In this document: piece after piece, positions 13,974 to 26,700 of the stretch
Layout: each line of letters opens with the position of its first letter
Position numbering within the stretch: position 1 is the first letter of the stretch
Assembly: GCA_976226885.1 (NCBI GenBank)
Contig: OZ320316.1
Span: 12,028,001-12,092,000, forward strand
DNA: 64,000 bases
Source of the DNA: Iphione sp. A-MEVVRFRX5
Lineage: Eukaryota
Direction of reading: 5' to 3'
The notes under the pieces: generated by a model
Seen by the model: only the letters and a program-made list of their open reading frames with translations
The model's database searches: none
Told to the model about the DNA's origin: nothing
Program-made: the position numbers and the translations under genes

Positions 13974-16900
13974 CTCTCGGATTTGCCTTATACTATACAA
14001 CCTTTCAAAGTGCTGAAGGCACTTGTAGTGCTGTAAGGACAATGGACCCTTTGCCTCATCCTACGTGGCCTGGGCAAATGTGACCTAGTTAGGAGCACCC
14101 TCGGCATGGACTGAACAGGGGGAGTCGGGGGTACCCAATAATGTATCACCAAGAATTAAAAACATGCATAACGCTTAAAGAAGGGACAGGTAACGCTTCG
14201 CCAAGAATTGATTTCTTGATCACCCATCACCAGAAAATGCTGAATAATGCTTCACCACGATTTAGTCGAGCAAATAATGCTTCACCAAGAATTCAGAGCA
14301 CCCAATAACGCTTCCACCAGTATAGGTGACCCTCTGTAACTGACAGTCTGGCTTGAATCCTACCCTAAAAGCTCGAACTTTTCACTGCTCTATTTTTCTC
14401 AATTCTCCACAGAAATCTTTCATACTTTGACCGAGCGATCTTTGCCATCTTATCTACACATCTGCCACATCATTTTCAAAAAATAGTTTCTTAGCAGTGG
14501 CCTGGGAAAGCTCGCCCTCTTTCTTCCAGTCTCTCATCTCTCCCACATGCATGTTGGTTTGTCGAGGGAAGCTTTTCGTGTCCCATGTGCTGCTTGGGTG
14601 TTACCTGAGCACCTTTTCTCGTATGGTAAAAGATGTATCATTGTTATCTGGCTTAAGCGATGTGTCCATTGTCTTTCACTGTGCTCAAGGGATGGTTCAG
14701 TTATATTTGGTCGACGTGGGCCAGACCTGTGCTCATTGAGTGCTACCGAGTCAAGTCAAGGGATGGTTCAGGACACAGGGACAGATCTAATCATGGGGGG
14801 GGGGGGGGGGGGTCACGGTACAGTCAGTAACACTTCACGAAGAATTTGGAACAACCGTAACATTTAAAAAAGCAGCAGATAAAGCTTTACCAAGAATTGA
14901 TTCTTTGATAGCCCTCCACCAACAATTGTTAAATAACAGTTCGTACTCATTTAGAAGGGCAAATAACGTTTCGCGGTGAATTAAAATGCCCAGTAACGCT
15001 TCACCAGAATAGCTAACAGCCCCTGTCTAATCCAGAAATAACTTGCACTGGGAAGTCAAACAACTGCAAGGCTCCCTTCATTTGTATCTTCATCTATTCT
15101 GCCTATTGAAATAAATCTTTCCTAAATGAACCAAGGACCCATGAGGCCTATTGTACCCCGCCTGCTGTTCAGTCAAGTGGTCCTAATTGTTTTTTATGCG
15201 TGAGCAAGAGCTTTAACGTATTGGTTTAGAATCCCTAAATATTTAACAAAAAACATCTTTTTGTCATCAAAACTGCTCGGAACTGGACCAACAAAGTCTG
15301 TATCCATACAGAAGAATATCATTATTTTTAAAAAAGGCAATTTTATTAGACCCATTGGATTCGGAAGAGATAGAACGACTAAATCGTGATGGAGGTTGGT
15401 ACATTCTGACAGTAGCAATTATAAGGTCGCCGCCTCTCTCTCCCCCGCTCGCCAAGTACGGACGGGGGGGGGGTGTCAGGGCATGCCTAATAACACTTCA
15501 CCGAAAATTCAGATCACCCATAGCGCTTTAAAAAGGAACAGATCGCGTGTGCCAAGAATTTATTTTTTTGGTAGTGCTTCCCCAGTAATAGTTTCAGAAC
15601 ATTTTTGGTAGTGCTTGCCCAGTAAATAGTTTCATAACGTATAGCACCTAATTTAAAAAACAACGATTCTTGCTAAATTAAAAGACCCAATAACGTTTCA
15701 CCAAAATACCTGACACCCCCCGTGTACAGCCCAGTCGCCAACTCATCAGAACACTTTCACCTGTAGGGGTGGATCTGCTGCAGACATTATCTACAACATG
15801 TATATTACTTCATTTGCTCAGATTACCTTCTCTTCTGAAGGGATTATAATCTCTATTTGAGGCGGATCCGCCATTTTTTTCTCTTGATTCTTCTCTGCTT
15901 CTGCAGGTGGCGCTGGCTCTGACTTCGTCGTCTCGTCAGAGTTCGTTACAACGACTTGAGGTGGCGCTGCAGCTGCTGTCGCCACTTTGTGTTTAGCAGG
16001 AGAAGCCTTGTGTCGCCGCCTGGTGGCTGACTTTGGTTTGGCAGTGCGTTGCTTGGCGGCGCTAGGAGCACGCTGTAACGATACCAGACAGGTAGAACTA
16101 GATGTATATGTTGGTCTCATAGTGAACCAGTTGGCTTGATCAAGCCCTGGTTTCTACACCTGAGTGTGTTCTTTGTGTTCATTGACATCTCAGGAACCCA
16201 TCATGATACAAACAGCATATTTACTCCGTGGTAAGTGTCCAGAACAGAAATTATACAATTAAATAAAAAAGTGTATAATTACAATATAAAAAGAGCGCTC
16301 TCAAAAAGTACTGGATTCAGTGCTACAAGGCCTATACCTATAAACCTATAAAATGGTTTAGGAGGACCCAACAAGATTATGATAGAGGTCTGAGTGGCAG
16401 CCCCTATGACGTGGGGGAAAATGACAGCAGTATATACCTCTACTTCTACTCAGCCAATGCTTACCTTGCTAGATGTGGGTGACTCTTCCAGGGAAGGTTT
16501 CTTGATGTCAAGCCTTGCACTCCTTGCTCGCTTAAGTTCTTCCTGCTTTTCCCTCGCCTTCTTGTCCTAGACCAAACACATCATATGAATTAATGTAACT
16601 TAGATATGATTGGTAAGCAACTTTCTCCAGATTGATAAACTGTCTTAGTCAACTGATGTATCACCTCAATAGAATGATTCATATTTTGCCTTTTCTGACA
16701 CCACAATGGACACCCACCGGATCAGAATGCGTTACAATTGACTGGAAATGGAAATTTCATTTTTGAAGATCAGTTTTCATCTTGTATATATATGTGTATG
16801 TCTTGTCTTTATATGGTCACTACTATACACGTTCATTGTAAACTTTGATTAACGAATTCTCTGAGGATGATGCCTTTTTATAACGAAGGTTTACTTATCC

Positions 16901-19900
16901 ACAGATTCTGTGGCCTGAGGCCACTATTGGCCAAACCATTTGTTAAAACAGAAAGTGAAAGGAAGTAATACAGACTTATTTCTCGATAAATAAAAATGAA
17001 TAATTTAACTTAGGCCCCCCCAAAAATAGGTGTGTTTCTGGTAACGACAAGCCAAAAACCTAAGTAGGGAGGGGGTATCTTTTTCTTTATAGATTTTTTT
17101 CCAGTTTCTTCCTCTGGTTTTCAATAATAATAAACACAATATCATGAATTTTGACCAATCTGTATGAGTTTTTCAGTTTTTAGGTGAATTTCCATTGATT
17201 TTGTTGTTTTTCTACTGAATTTACCAACAACATGTGTTGTGAAAACACATATCTAAGGAAATTCAGCCTTGGAAACTCTTTGGGGCTAAAAAGTTTTAGG
17301 TAATGTGAGGTTTTACTAGGTAGGGGTGGGTTACCAGAAACACACCTATTTGTTTGGCCTTAAGCTAAAACTTGTCAAAATTAGCGCTTGCACAGTGTAC
17401 CTTAGATAATAAGTTTCAGAAAATGAAGTTTCATAACAGATACCTCCTTCATTACAGAGGTGTACCTGTGTTATCCAATCCACGTTAAATAGATAAACTA
17501 ATCACACTATTCTCACCTTCTCTATTAACTCGTCAACCAAAGCTTGTTTCTTCGCCTTCTCTTCCTCCTCCTTCCTCCTGGCCTCAGCTGCAACCTTGGC
17601 CTCCTCCTCTCTCTTCCTCCTTAACTCCTCTTCTCTTTTCTTCTGCTCCTCCTCCTCTCGTTCTCTCTCCGCCTGTTCTCTCTTCCTCTGTTCCTCTCTC
17701 CGTCTGTGTATCTCCTCGGCCTCTTGTTGAGCGCGTAGAATCTCTTCTTCTTGCTCTTTCTCTTTCTCTTCTATCTGCTTGTTCTCCGACAGCCTCCGGG
17801 TTTTCTCCTTCTGAGATTCATCCTTGGGCTGACCCACGCGCCGCGATGCCTTCTTCTCTTTCTTTATTATTTCACGAACCTGGGACAAGGAAGTCAATAC
17901 AGAAGCTATAACCTAAACAGCACGCACGCAACTGTACAATATGTGACTATCACCAGAAGGAGGGCCTTACTGTGAATAGGAGGCAAGCAAATTACGGTCT
18001 GCAAGATTCGAAATTAATCCCTAACCCGTGACAAGAAGTCAATACAGAAGAAGCTAACCTAAACGTCACGGTTCGATAGTGACTTGAATATCAGCAGAAA
18101 GAATACCTAACTGTAAATAAAGCTTGCTTGTATTCAACATAATATTTATGCCAAAGTGAAAATATCTAGGACGAAAAGTTTGGACTTATTTCTGCCGTTG
18201 AAGAAATCTTAAGGACTCTCTTTTTCTATTATCATCTTGATTGATAACATCAGGAACACGGATTACTGGTTAACCCTATAAGCACGGATGGTTACTGGTT
18301 AACCCTATAAGCGCGGGTGATGCTTCAAATCAGTCCCACTCAGAAGGCTGATGATAACGTTTGGACTTCCCTTGTAAAGGGCAAAGGAGCCTTTATCTTG
18401 TCAGCCACTCTTGACCCTTTCAGGACGAGACAGCTATCATGGAGAAGTCCTATAAACTGAAGTAATAGACTAAATATACTCTCAAAGGACCTTTCGATGA
18501 TATCCGCCTCTGCCTGACAGGGTTAAAGGCAAATCTGTCTTACCTTTCTCTGAATGAAAATATCCGTACAATGGAAATTCCGAATGAAGGCCACCAATGG
18601 CACAAGATAACTAAGCTGTTAACTGTAAGTTACCCCGCTACTATAGTTGATACATCTACATTAAAGATATTGCCATTAACTCTAGGTTACCCCGCTACCA
18701 TAGTTGATTATATTATAGAAGATAAACCATAGGGTGAAGCTAATCTTGCCTTTAATGCTGAGTTGCCCCACCAGTCGAGTTGCCCACAAATGTGAGTTAC
18801 TACTATCTAAATATACATTAAAGATATTGCCATTAACTCTAGGTTACCCCGCTACCATAGTTGATTATATTATAGAAGATAAACCATAGGGTGAAGCTAA
18901 TCTTGCCTTTAATGCTGAGCTGGCCCACCAGTTGAGTTGCCCACAAATGTGAGATACTACTATCTAAATATACAGTAAAGGTATTGTGGTTAACTGTAAG
19001 TTACCCTGCTACTATAGTTGATAATATTATAGAAGATAAACCAAGGGGCCCAGCTAATCTTGCCTTTAATGCTAAGTTGCCCTCCCAGTTGATAAACCAT
19101 GGGGCCAAGCTAATCTTGCCTTTAATGCTGAGTTGCCCCACCGGTCGAGTTGCCCACAAATGTGAAATACTACTGTCTAGATGTAGATGTAAAGACTGCT
19201 TATGGATAACAGTGTACTATCTACATACACCTATGAGAGGATATCCCAGACAGCAAAGCAAAGCAAAGCAAACATAGCAAACAGTGATATACACAAGCCG
19301 AAAGATATCTCTCCAGTGTCACCGAAAGCTCTGAAGCAATCACAACCGAAATCTTGAAATCTTACCGTAAAATAGACGAACAGAGGAGCAGCAAACACGT
19401 ATATATATATCTGCCTCTAACCGGGAACACATACCCTCAGGTGGAGAGTGTGGAGCGAGCAGTGTGTGTAGCTATTTAACTTCAAGCTTACAATCTCCAC
19501 ACAGACAACAAACCCATAGGTTCTACCGAAGCGCCTCCTAGCCTAAGCTCTCTGTTATAAAGGTCAAACGTGGGCCTTTAAAATATGCAGGACAGGTAGA
19601 CCGAACAGGGTAGCAGTATTATAGAAACAACCTTTGGGCTGTGTTGATCATGGAAATCAGCAGTTTATCCCCTAATTATGCCCGTCATGTTGAATTGGAT
19701 CGTGTACTGTTGTGTTATGCCGCAGGTTTTCTTACGCTGAGCTAATATTTAGTGAGTGGGCTACTGGGGCCTGGGGCCATTCGGCCTGGGATGTGTGTGG
19801 GTGCGGGGGTGGGAGGGTTGGGGTGGGTGGGGGTGGAGGGGATCAACAAAAAATACAATTCACTTCGCCCCCTGGCGGGTCTTTATCGAATTAGAGTTCG

Positions 19901-22900
19901 TAGACCGGTAGGGGAGACGGAAGGGAAAGGTGGTGTTTACATGTCGTGTTTGCTCCGTAACAGACTAGTAAATGTTATGTGGTTTTACGTCTGTCAAAGC
20001 TGTACACGGTGTGTATGTGTGTGTGTCGGGGGGGGGTGTCAGGGCATACCAAATAATTAACGTTTCACCCAAAATACAGAAAAACAAGACAGTTCACGGC
20101 CAGTCCCTTTGCTGTCCATCCAAGAGTGGTTCTACTATATATAGTTATATGAATCGTTCGTTCTCAGAAATCTTAGTTTCTCCCTAGTTGTGTCTCGTCT
20201 GGTCTTTAACTGAATCTCAACTGTAAATACTTCCTCATGAGGCCAACTGTTCCCAGGTGTGATATGTTCTTGAAAACGACCATATGTATACATGTGCATG
20301 TGTTTTCCTAAGATCTTAACTGAATAGGCGTTATGAAATGCATTATTTTTTTCTCCAGTTCTAGCTAATCTTAGTCCTATGACTAGGTATGCTTAGTGTC
20401 ACTATAGTACCCTATTTGTATTCATAAGCACTATATGATAAGCATTAGATATAATGAGCCGACCACCAAAAGTTGAAGAAACGGGTACAGCAGATGTAAT
20501 TTTTACTAACTGTGATGTCATAATGGGAATCAACCAATCAGATAGCTTTTTTTTTTTAACTGTCACAGTTAAACCAGTCACTTGGCTGATGCCAGGATCC
20601 TGTCTCAAAGAAATAAAAAAAATAGTAAAAATTACGTCTGCAATACCCTTTTCTTCAACCGTCGGTGATTGGCTCAATTATAAAATGATACTCAGTTTAT
20701 CTATGTGAGGAATCCTTCATAGTACAAGAACTCTCAGTTAGATAACAAGGGAATGTGTAACGTGTAGGTGGATGATCATGTTAATTATAATAGCATACAG
20801 ATGAAAAGTTGTTCATAGTATAGGGGAGGGGGGGTCCATTACCATGGCCAGTTCTGAGCTATGAGGGATTCCATAGCATAATGGACTTCATTAGAATGAA
20901 CAGACTATAGCACGTGTGTTTTGTAATCTGATCGAACGTCGATTCATGTCATAACGCATGATTTACAAGAGTTTTGTAACACTAGAAGATGTAGACATTG
21001 TCGTCCAGGTCGACATTGTCGTAGGTCAGTCGTACGTTATGATGAGCGTCAGCGATTGGTTAATCATGTTCTCTAAGTTGAGCAGAGAGCAAGGACAGAA
21101 AGCATACGAAGTTACTTAATCTATGCATACAGATGGCACTCGAACTCAGTCGCCAGAGCCTTTGAAAGCCACTTATTCAACCCCAGAGCTTTCTGTCCCT
21201 ACAACAAGCAGCGACTTGCCAAGATGCTACAGGCAAAAAAAAAAAAAAAAAGATTGAAGACCATACCTTCCTTGGAGGAGTAGGAGACTGCACTTCCGGA
21301 ATGGTTTCCAGAGGAACAGCCTGAGCTCTTTTCTATTCATACACAGATAAGAGATGTCCTGTTATATAACAGTAAGGAAAGACAAAGGGGGTGGGGGTGG
21401 GGGGTAATATGGCATACAGATATGATTTCAGCACTAACATTTACATACAGTCAAACCTTCATTTGCGACCAGCCATTGGGTCCCACCTCAAGTGGTCGCA
21501 ATGGCAAATTTGGTAAAAATTGATAAGAATTCATATAAAAATAATCGCTTTTGTTCCCAGCGGTAGTGGTTGTATTGGCAAGAATGGTCGCGAATTGGAG
21601 CGGTCAGAAATAGAGTTTCGACTATATCTCTTGTTACTTTCCACAGTGGACTTTCCATACTGTAGAGTAGACAGCCACTGTAGGGACACGTCTCCAGTCG
21701 GGACATGCTTCTCTGATAGGCACACTTTTGAGAAGAACAGATAAAAATTATATTTATTGTATATAAAAAGAAGTGACCTACTGGAAAGATACTGTTATGA
21801 CGGATATTTTTTTAAAACCATTTTTCGCATCAGAACAGAGCACAGACCCATCAAATTGCTGTATTGTTGCAACACTGTTGGAAAAAAATGATAAACATAA
21901 GTGCGGTAATGGTGTTGTCATTCGCTCAGCAATCCATCAATTAACGTATCCCGAGAGTGTCAGCCACCCTGTTACTACGCTCATGTTTACCAATTTTTTC
22001 AGACAATGTCTGAAAATACTGCAACCTGATTGGTGTATTGTCTATTATGACATCACAAATAGTAAAAGTTGTCTGTTGTAATGGTATCTGGCAATACGTT
22101 CATTCTGTCATGGGTACATGTCTCGATCAGGGACACTTTGGGAGAAAAGCCTAAGGGTGTCCTGATTAGAGACTTTCTACTGTACAGTCAGAACTCAGTA
22201 TCCAAAAAGTCCTTCAACTGAAAAACCAAGTAAATTTAGGGATGAAGTCACGTTTCTATGGTTGAATGAGAATGGGCAGCAGTGAAATCACATATTTTAG
22301 AGATAAGTCTGATCAACATCCCTCTATGTGACCAGGGCGGGAGTTTCTCGCTGCCAGACTGGGTAAAGGTGTTGGACTCCTACACCAAAGGTTTTAGGTT
22401 CTCAGCCTGGTTTCCGCCTTGTCTATCTTTTATCAATGGAAACAAAATATGAGGTTCTTCAATCACCTGCTGCCCTTGTCTCTACTTGAACAAGCCATCC
22501 ATTAACAAACAGCATGCAAAAACCTCTATAATAAAACAAAACTTAGAGTTTAACTGTGGAGAAAACACAGATTATCAAACCCCTAGTTAACTGGGTAGTC
22601 TGCAGCCAATAAGTAATCAACTCGCCAACATTCACTCTGGCAGGGATTTGGGTTTAACATGTACTTAAGTGACACAGCAGCGGGAGGCTTGGACCATTGT
22701 CCATTCCTCACAATTCTCATTTATGGTTCTTTATCTAGAATTTACATACAATAGGTATTGTAACCCTGCATTGTCAAAGTACAACCACCGTAATCATGTC
22801 ACTTTTTATTGCTGCACCACAAAAAAAAATGCACCTGTACTCTTCTCAGCTCCAGACAATAATTTTGTCGCTCAACAAAGGATCCATTGACCATTTGCGG

Positions 22901-23744
22901 AGGTACTATAGAAGGCGTCCGCCATCTTGAAACTTACAAGGCCTCCACCTGAGCCGATAGATGATGCTGACATATTGTCGGCAATAGTAAAGTACAAACG
23001 ATTCTAGACATGTCCATTTCAACATCATTATTGGTGACGCTCTCTTGATGAATGGGCATCAGGGCAATAGGGCTGGGCTATGCATTATTATATGACATAG
23101 GGAGAATTATAAGATACATGTATATATTACAATGTTCTATATATACGTAGAAATGTGGAATGGTTGTCACTGTTGATAAGCACCGACTCCAGGCTCCAAT
23201 GCTTACCTTGAAGACTAAAATACGATGGTAATTGCTTTTTTTCTCATTCTGACTACCACTTTTTATGTTTACTTTCATACAGATGAGTTTTTATGTTCCA
23301 ACTGCCGCGTTCTGTCATGGTAGTTAGTGCGTATGTATGTGTATTTGTGTACATGTATATAACTGCGCATGAGTCTGTGAATGTGAGTCTGTGTGTGCAA
23401 GTATGTATGTTGGCTTGGGTGTGTATATGCTTGTTTGTATGTTTGTAAGTGTGTATGTCAGTGTGTATGTGTCAGCAAGTGTCTAAGTATATATCTATAT
23501 ATGTACATGCATGTTAATCAGTGTGTATGTTGGTGTATGTATGTATGTATGTATGTATGTATGCACGTTTGTGTATGTATATGCATGCGTCCTCCTATGC
23601 CCCATACCTGCTGGCCGCCCTCCCATTAGAGGACACTATGTGTGTGTGTGTGTCTGTGTGTGTGTGTGCGTGCGTGCTTACATGCGATACCCACCTCCTC
23701 CTCCTGTGCCCCATCCCTGCTGGCTGCCCTCCCGTCCAGGGACA

Positions 23745-23775
<31 letters not shown>

Positions 23776-26700
23776 AGTGTGTGAGTAATACCCACCTCCT
23801 CCTCCTCCTGTGCCGAATCCCTGCTGGCCGCCCTCCCGTCCAGGGACGCCTGGTCGGCCTGTCGCCGCTGTCGTCGTCGCTCCGTTCGACGCTTCGCCTC
23901 CTCCTTCATCACCCTCTGCGCGTCTAACCGGATGTTTTCTGAGAACTTCCGACGGCGGGCGCGTGTCTCGCCCTCGTCGCTGCCGCCGCCCCGCTCTCCC
24001 CGCGCCCCCTCCCGCCCGGCCTCACCCGCCAGCCCTGCTGCTGTCTTCTGTTTCCTCTCTCCTTTTGGTGATGCTTGACCAGACACTGTTTAAAGAGAAA
24101 ACCGCACTCTTTTCTTCACGCATCTATAATGAGATATCGATTTACTACGAACTGATAGTCCACACAGCAGAACCTCATGACTGGTGACACCCTAAGACAG
24201 GGGACAGCCTCAGACTGTTTACCCTGCAGGGCTGGGGACACCAGAAGACAGGACTGGGGAAACATACCCCAAGACAGGGACACTATTAGACTGTTTACCC
24301 TGCAGGACTGGGGACACAAATTTCAAAACAGCGACGCTATTAGACTGTTTACCCTGCAGGACTGGAGACATACCTCAAGACAGGGACACTATTAGACTGT
24401 TTACCCTGCAAGACTGGGGACACAAACCTTAAAACAGCAACACTATTAGACTGTTTACCCTGCAAGACTGGGGACACATACCTCAAGACAGTGGCACTAT
24501 TAGAATGTTTACCCTGCAGGACTGGAGACACATACATATGTACCTCAAGACAGGGACACTATTAGACTGTTTACCCTACAGGACTGGGGACACACCAAGT
24601 CAGGGGACCCTTTTAGACAGTTCACCAGGCAAGACTGGGGACACCACCTAAATGGGAACACTTTCACTAGGAAACTGTGCCCAGTTGTGAGGTTCTACTT
24701 TCTGAAGTATTCGTTGTTGCCTTTTACATCAACAAAGAAATGAATAAGACTTCCCACACGTTTATTCCTCTGTTTTAATGAATTGTAAGATATTCCATAC
24801 TATGGACAGTTGTGCAAATAAATAAGAGTAAATTATAGCAATTTAAGGATTTTAGATACAGTGAACCTTCAAAATGAGGTCAGCTCACTAATGAGGTCGA
24901 CTCACAAATCCAGCCAGTTATGCTGGAACTAATTATAACACATACATAATACTTCACTCTACTAATCTGGCCACCTCAATATTCCAGCCGAATCAGGATG
25001 GAACCAATGGTGACCAAATAAAATAAGGTTCCACTGTACATCACGTAATCTACTCACCATCTGCCTCATCCTCTGGACCACTTTCATCCTCATAGTCTTC
25101 GCTCTCCCAGGACCAGTCTTCAGGAGTGCTCCTCCCTCCCTGAGAAAGTGTAAATGGAGGGAGTGAAAGTAAACATGTGACCACACATGCCATCCTCCTT
25201 CCCTGAGAATGTGTAAATGGAGGGAGTGAAAATTATGGTGTAATCATCATGCATGACCCTTTCTTTCCCAGAGCATGCATAAATGGAGGGAGTGAAATTA
25301 AACATATAACCATCATACATAATCCTCCCTCTCTGCCAATGAGTGAATAAATGGAGTGAAATTAAACCTGTAACCATCATGGATAGAGTGAAGAAATGGA
25401 TAGAGTGAAGAAAATCCCTTTCCTTCTTCTCTAAGAATGAGTAAATGGAGGGAGTGAAAATAAACATGTGACCATCATATGTAAACATCCCTCCCTGAGA
25501 ATGCATAAATGGTGGGAGTGAAAATATGCATGCTATCATCACACGTAATCCTCCCATCCTGAGAATGAGAGAAAAGATGAAGAACTTAAGATCAACACAT
25601 AACTACTACCCTACCACAGGTACTTCTTCATACCTGAGAATGACCTGCCAAGTTTATTGTTCCCCACCCTCAAATGACCAGTTTCATGCTTTATTAGTAG
25701 CAGGGTGACCCAAGCTCAGCCAATCCAGCCACTACCTCCCTGCTGCAGGGCAGGTGTGTGTGTGTCTGTGTGTGCTTGCACTATCAGCCTTAGAAATCTA
25801 TAAACAAGGTATGCATGTTTGTAGGCATGTTAGCAAAGTAGTAAAATTGGCATAATTTCACCTTTAGAATATGTAAATTACTACCAAATTTACCCAGTGT
25901 CATGTGTCCATATACACAAGTATCATACATCATTTCATTTGACTGAAGAGTTTTAGAGTTATAAGGCCCACAAGAGTGTGCCAACAAGAGCCAGGATCAA
26001 GTCAGATCAGATTAGAACAACATTATTGTGTATTTATGCATACAAATACAACTAAATATAACTAGTTTCTCTTGAGGCTCTCAGAGCAAAATATTTTTGC
26101 CAGCTCAATGAAGGAATTTTTAAGGGAGATAGATAAATATCAAATGACTATGGAAAACTAGATGGATGCAAGCTGACGTTCAATGGAATATGAGAAGCAG
26201 GAACAGTCATAGGTTGACTTCCATGAAGAGAGGTTGAGGGTAGTATCACGTATGGCATCAACCGGAGGGAATGAGCCAGGAGCAGTCGGCAGCTAACGCC
26301 AATGATGAGGAGGATGAAGGTGGTGTTGATTATGGGGGAGGCATAAAGACATCTTGACCAATCGATTTGGGTCATTTCATATGAAAACAAAATGTACTGA
26401 AGCTGGTTTGCAATGGAGAATGAGAGCCTGGAACAGTAGGAGGCTGACCCCAATGACTAGGGTGTAAAAGTTTGGGGATCCATCTAGGACATTTGGACCC
26501 CTATTAGCCTGGGTCATTTTATAATAAAAGAGACCATATATAGATGAACTTACAGTTAAGTATAAGAGCCAGGAACAGCATGAGGCTGACCCCAATGACT
26601 ACGGTGTAAAGTCTGATGATCCATCTATGACATTTGGAACTATTAGCTTGGGTCATTTCTTGGGAAAAGATAACATATATATTAAATAACTAACGGCAGA

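Noticed and set aside
15765-15781. AG...GT segment just downstream of E25
   Set aside because: The intervening intron would be only ~45 nt, and no extra exon is needed for phase continuity.
19366-19420. Isolated strong donor (ACG|GTAAGA) behind a TATA-like run; possible internal promoter or first exon
   Set aside because: There is no acceptor or start codon and no independent support; it could be chance or part of a repeat.
24962-25186. ORF frame EGGALLKTGPGRAKTMRMK over E20
   Set aside because: The alternative frame (GGRSTPEDWSWESED) matches the phases of the neighbouring exons.
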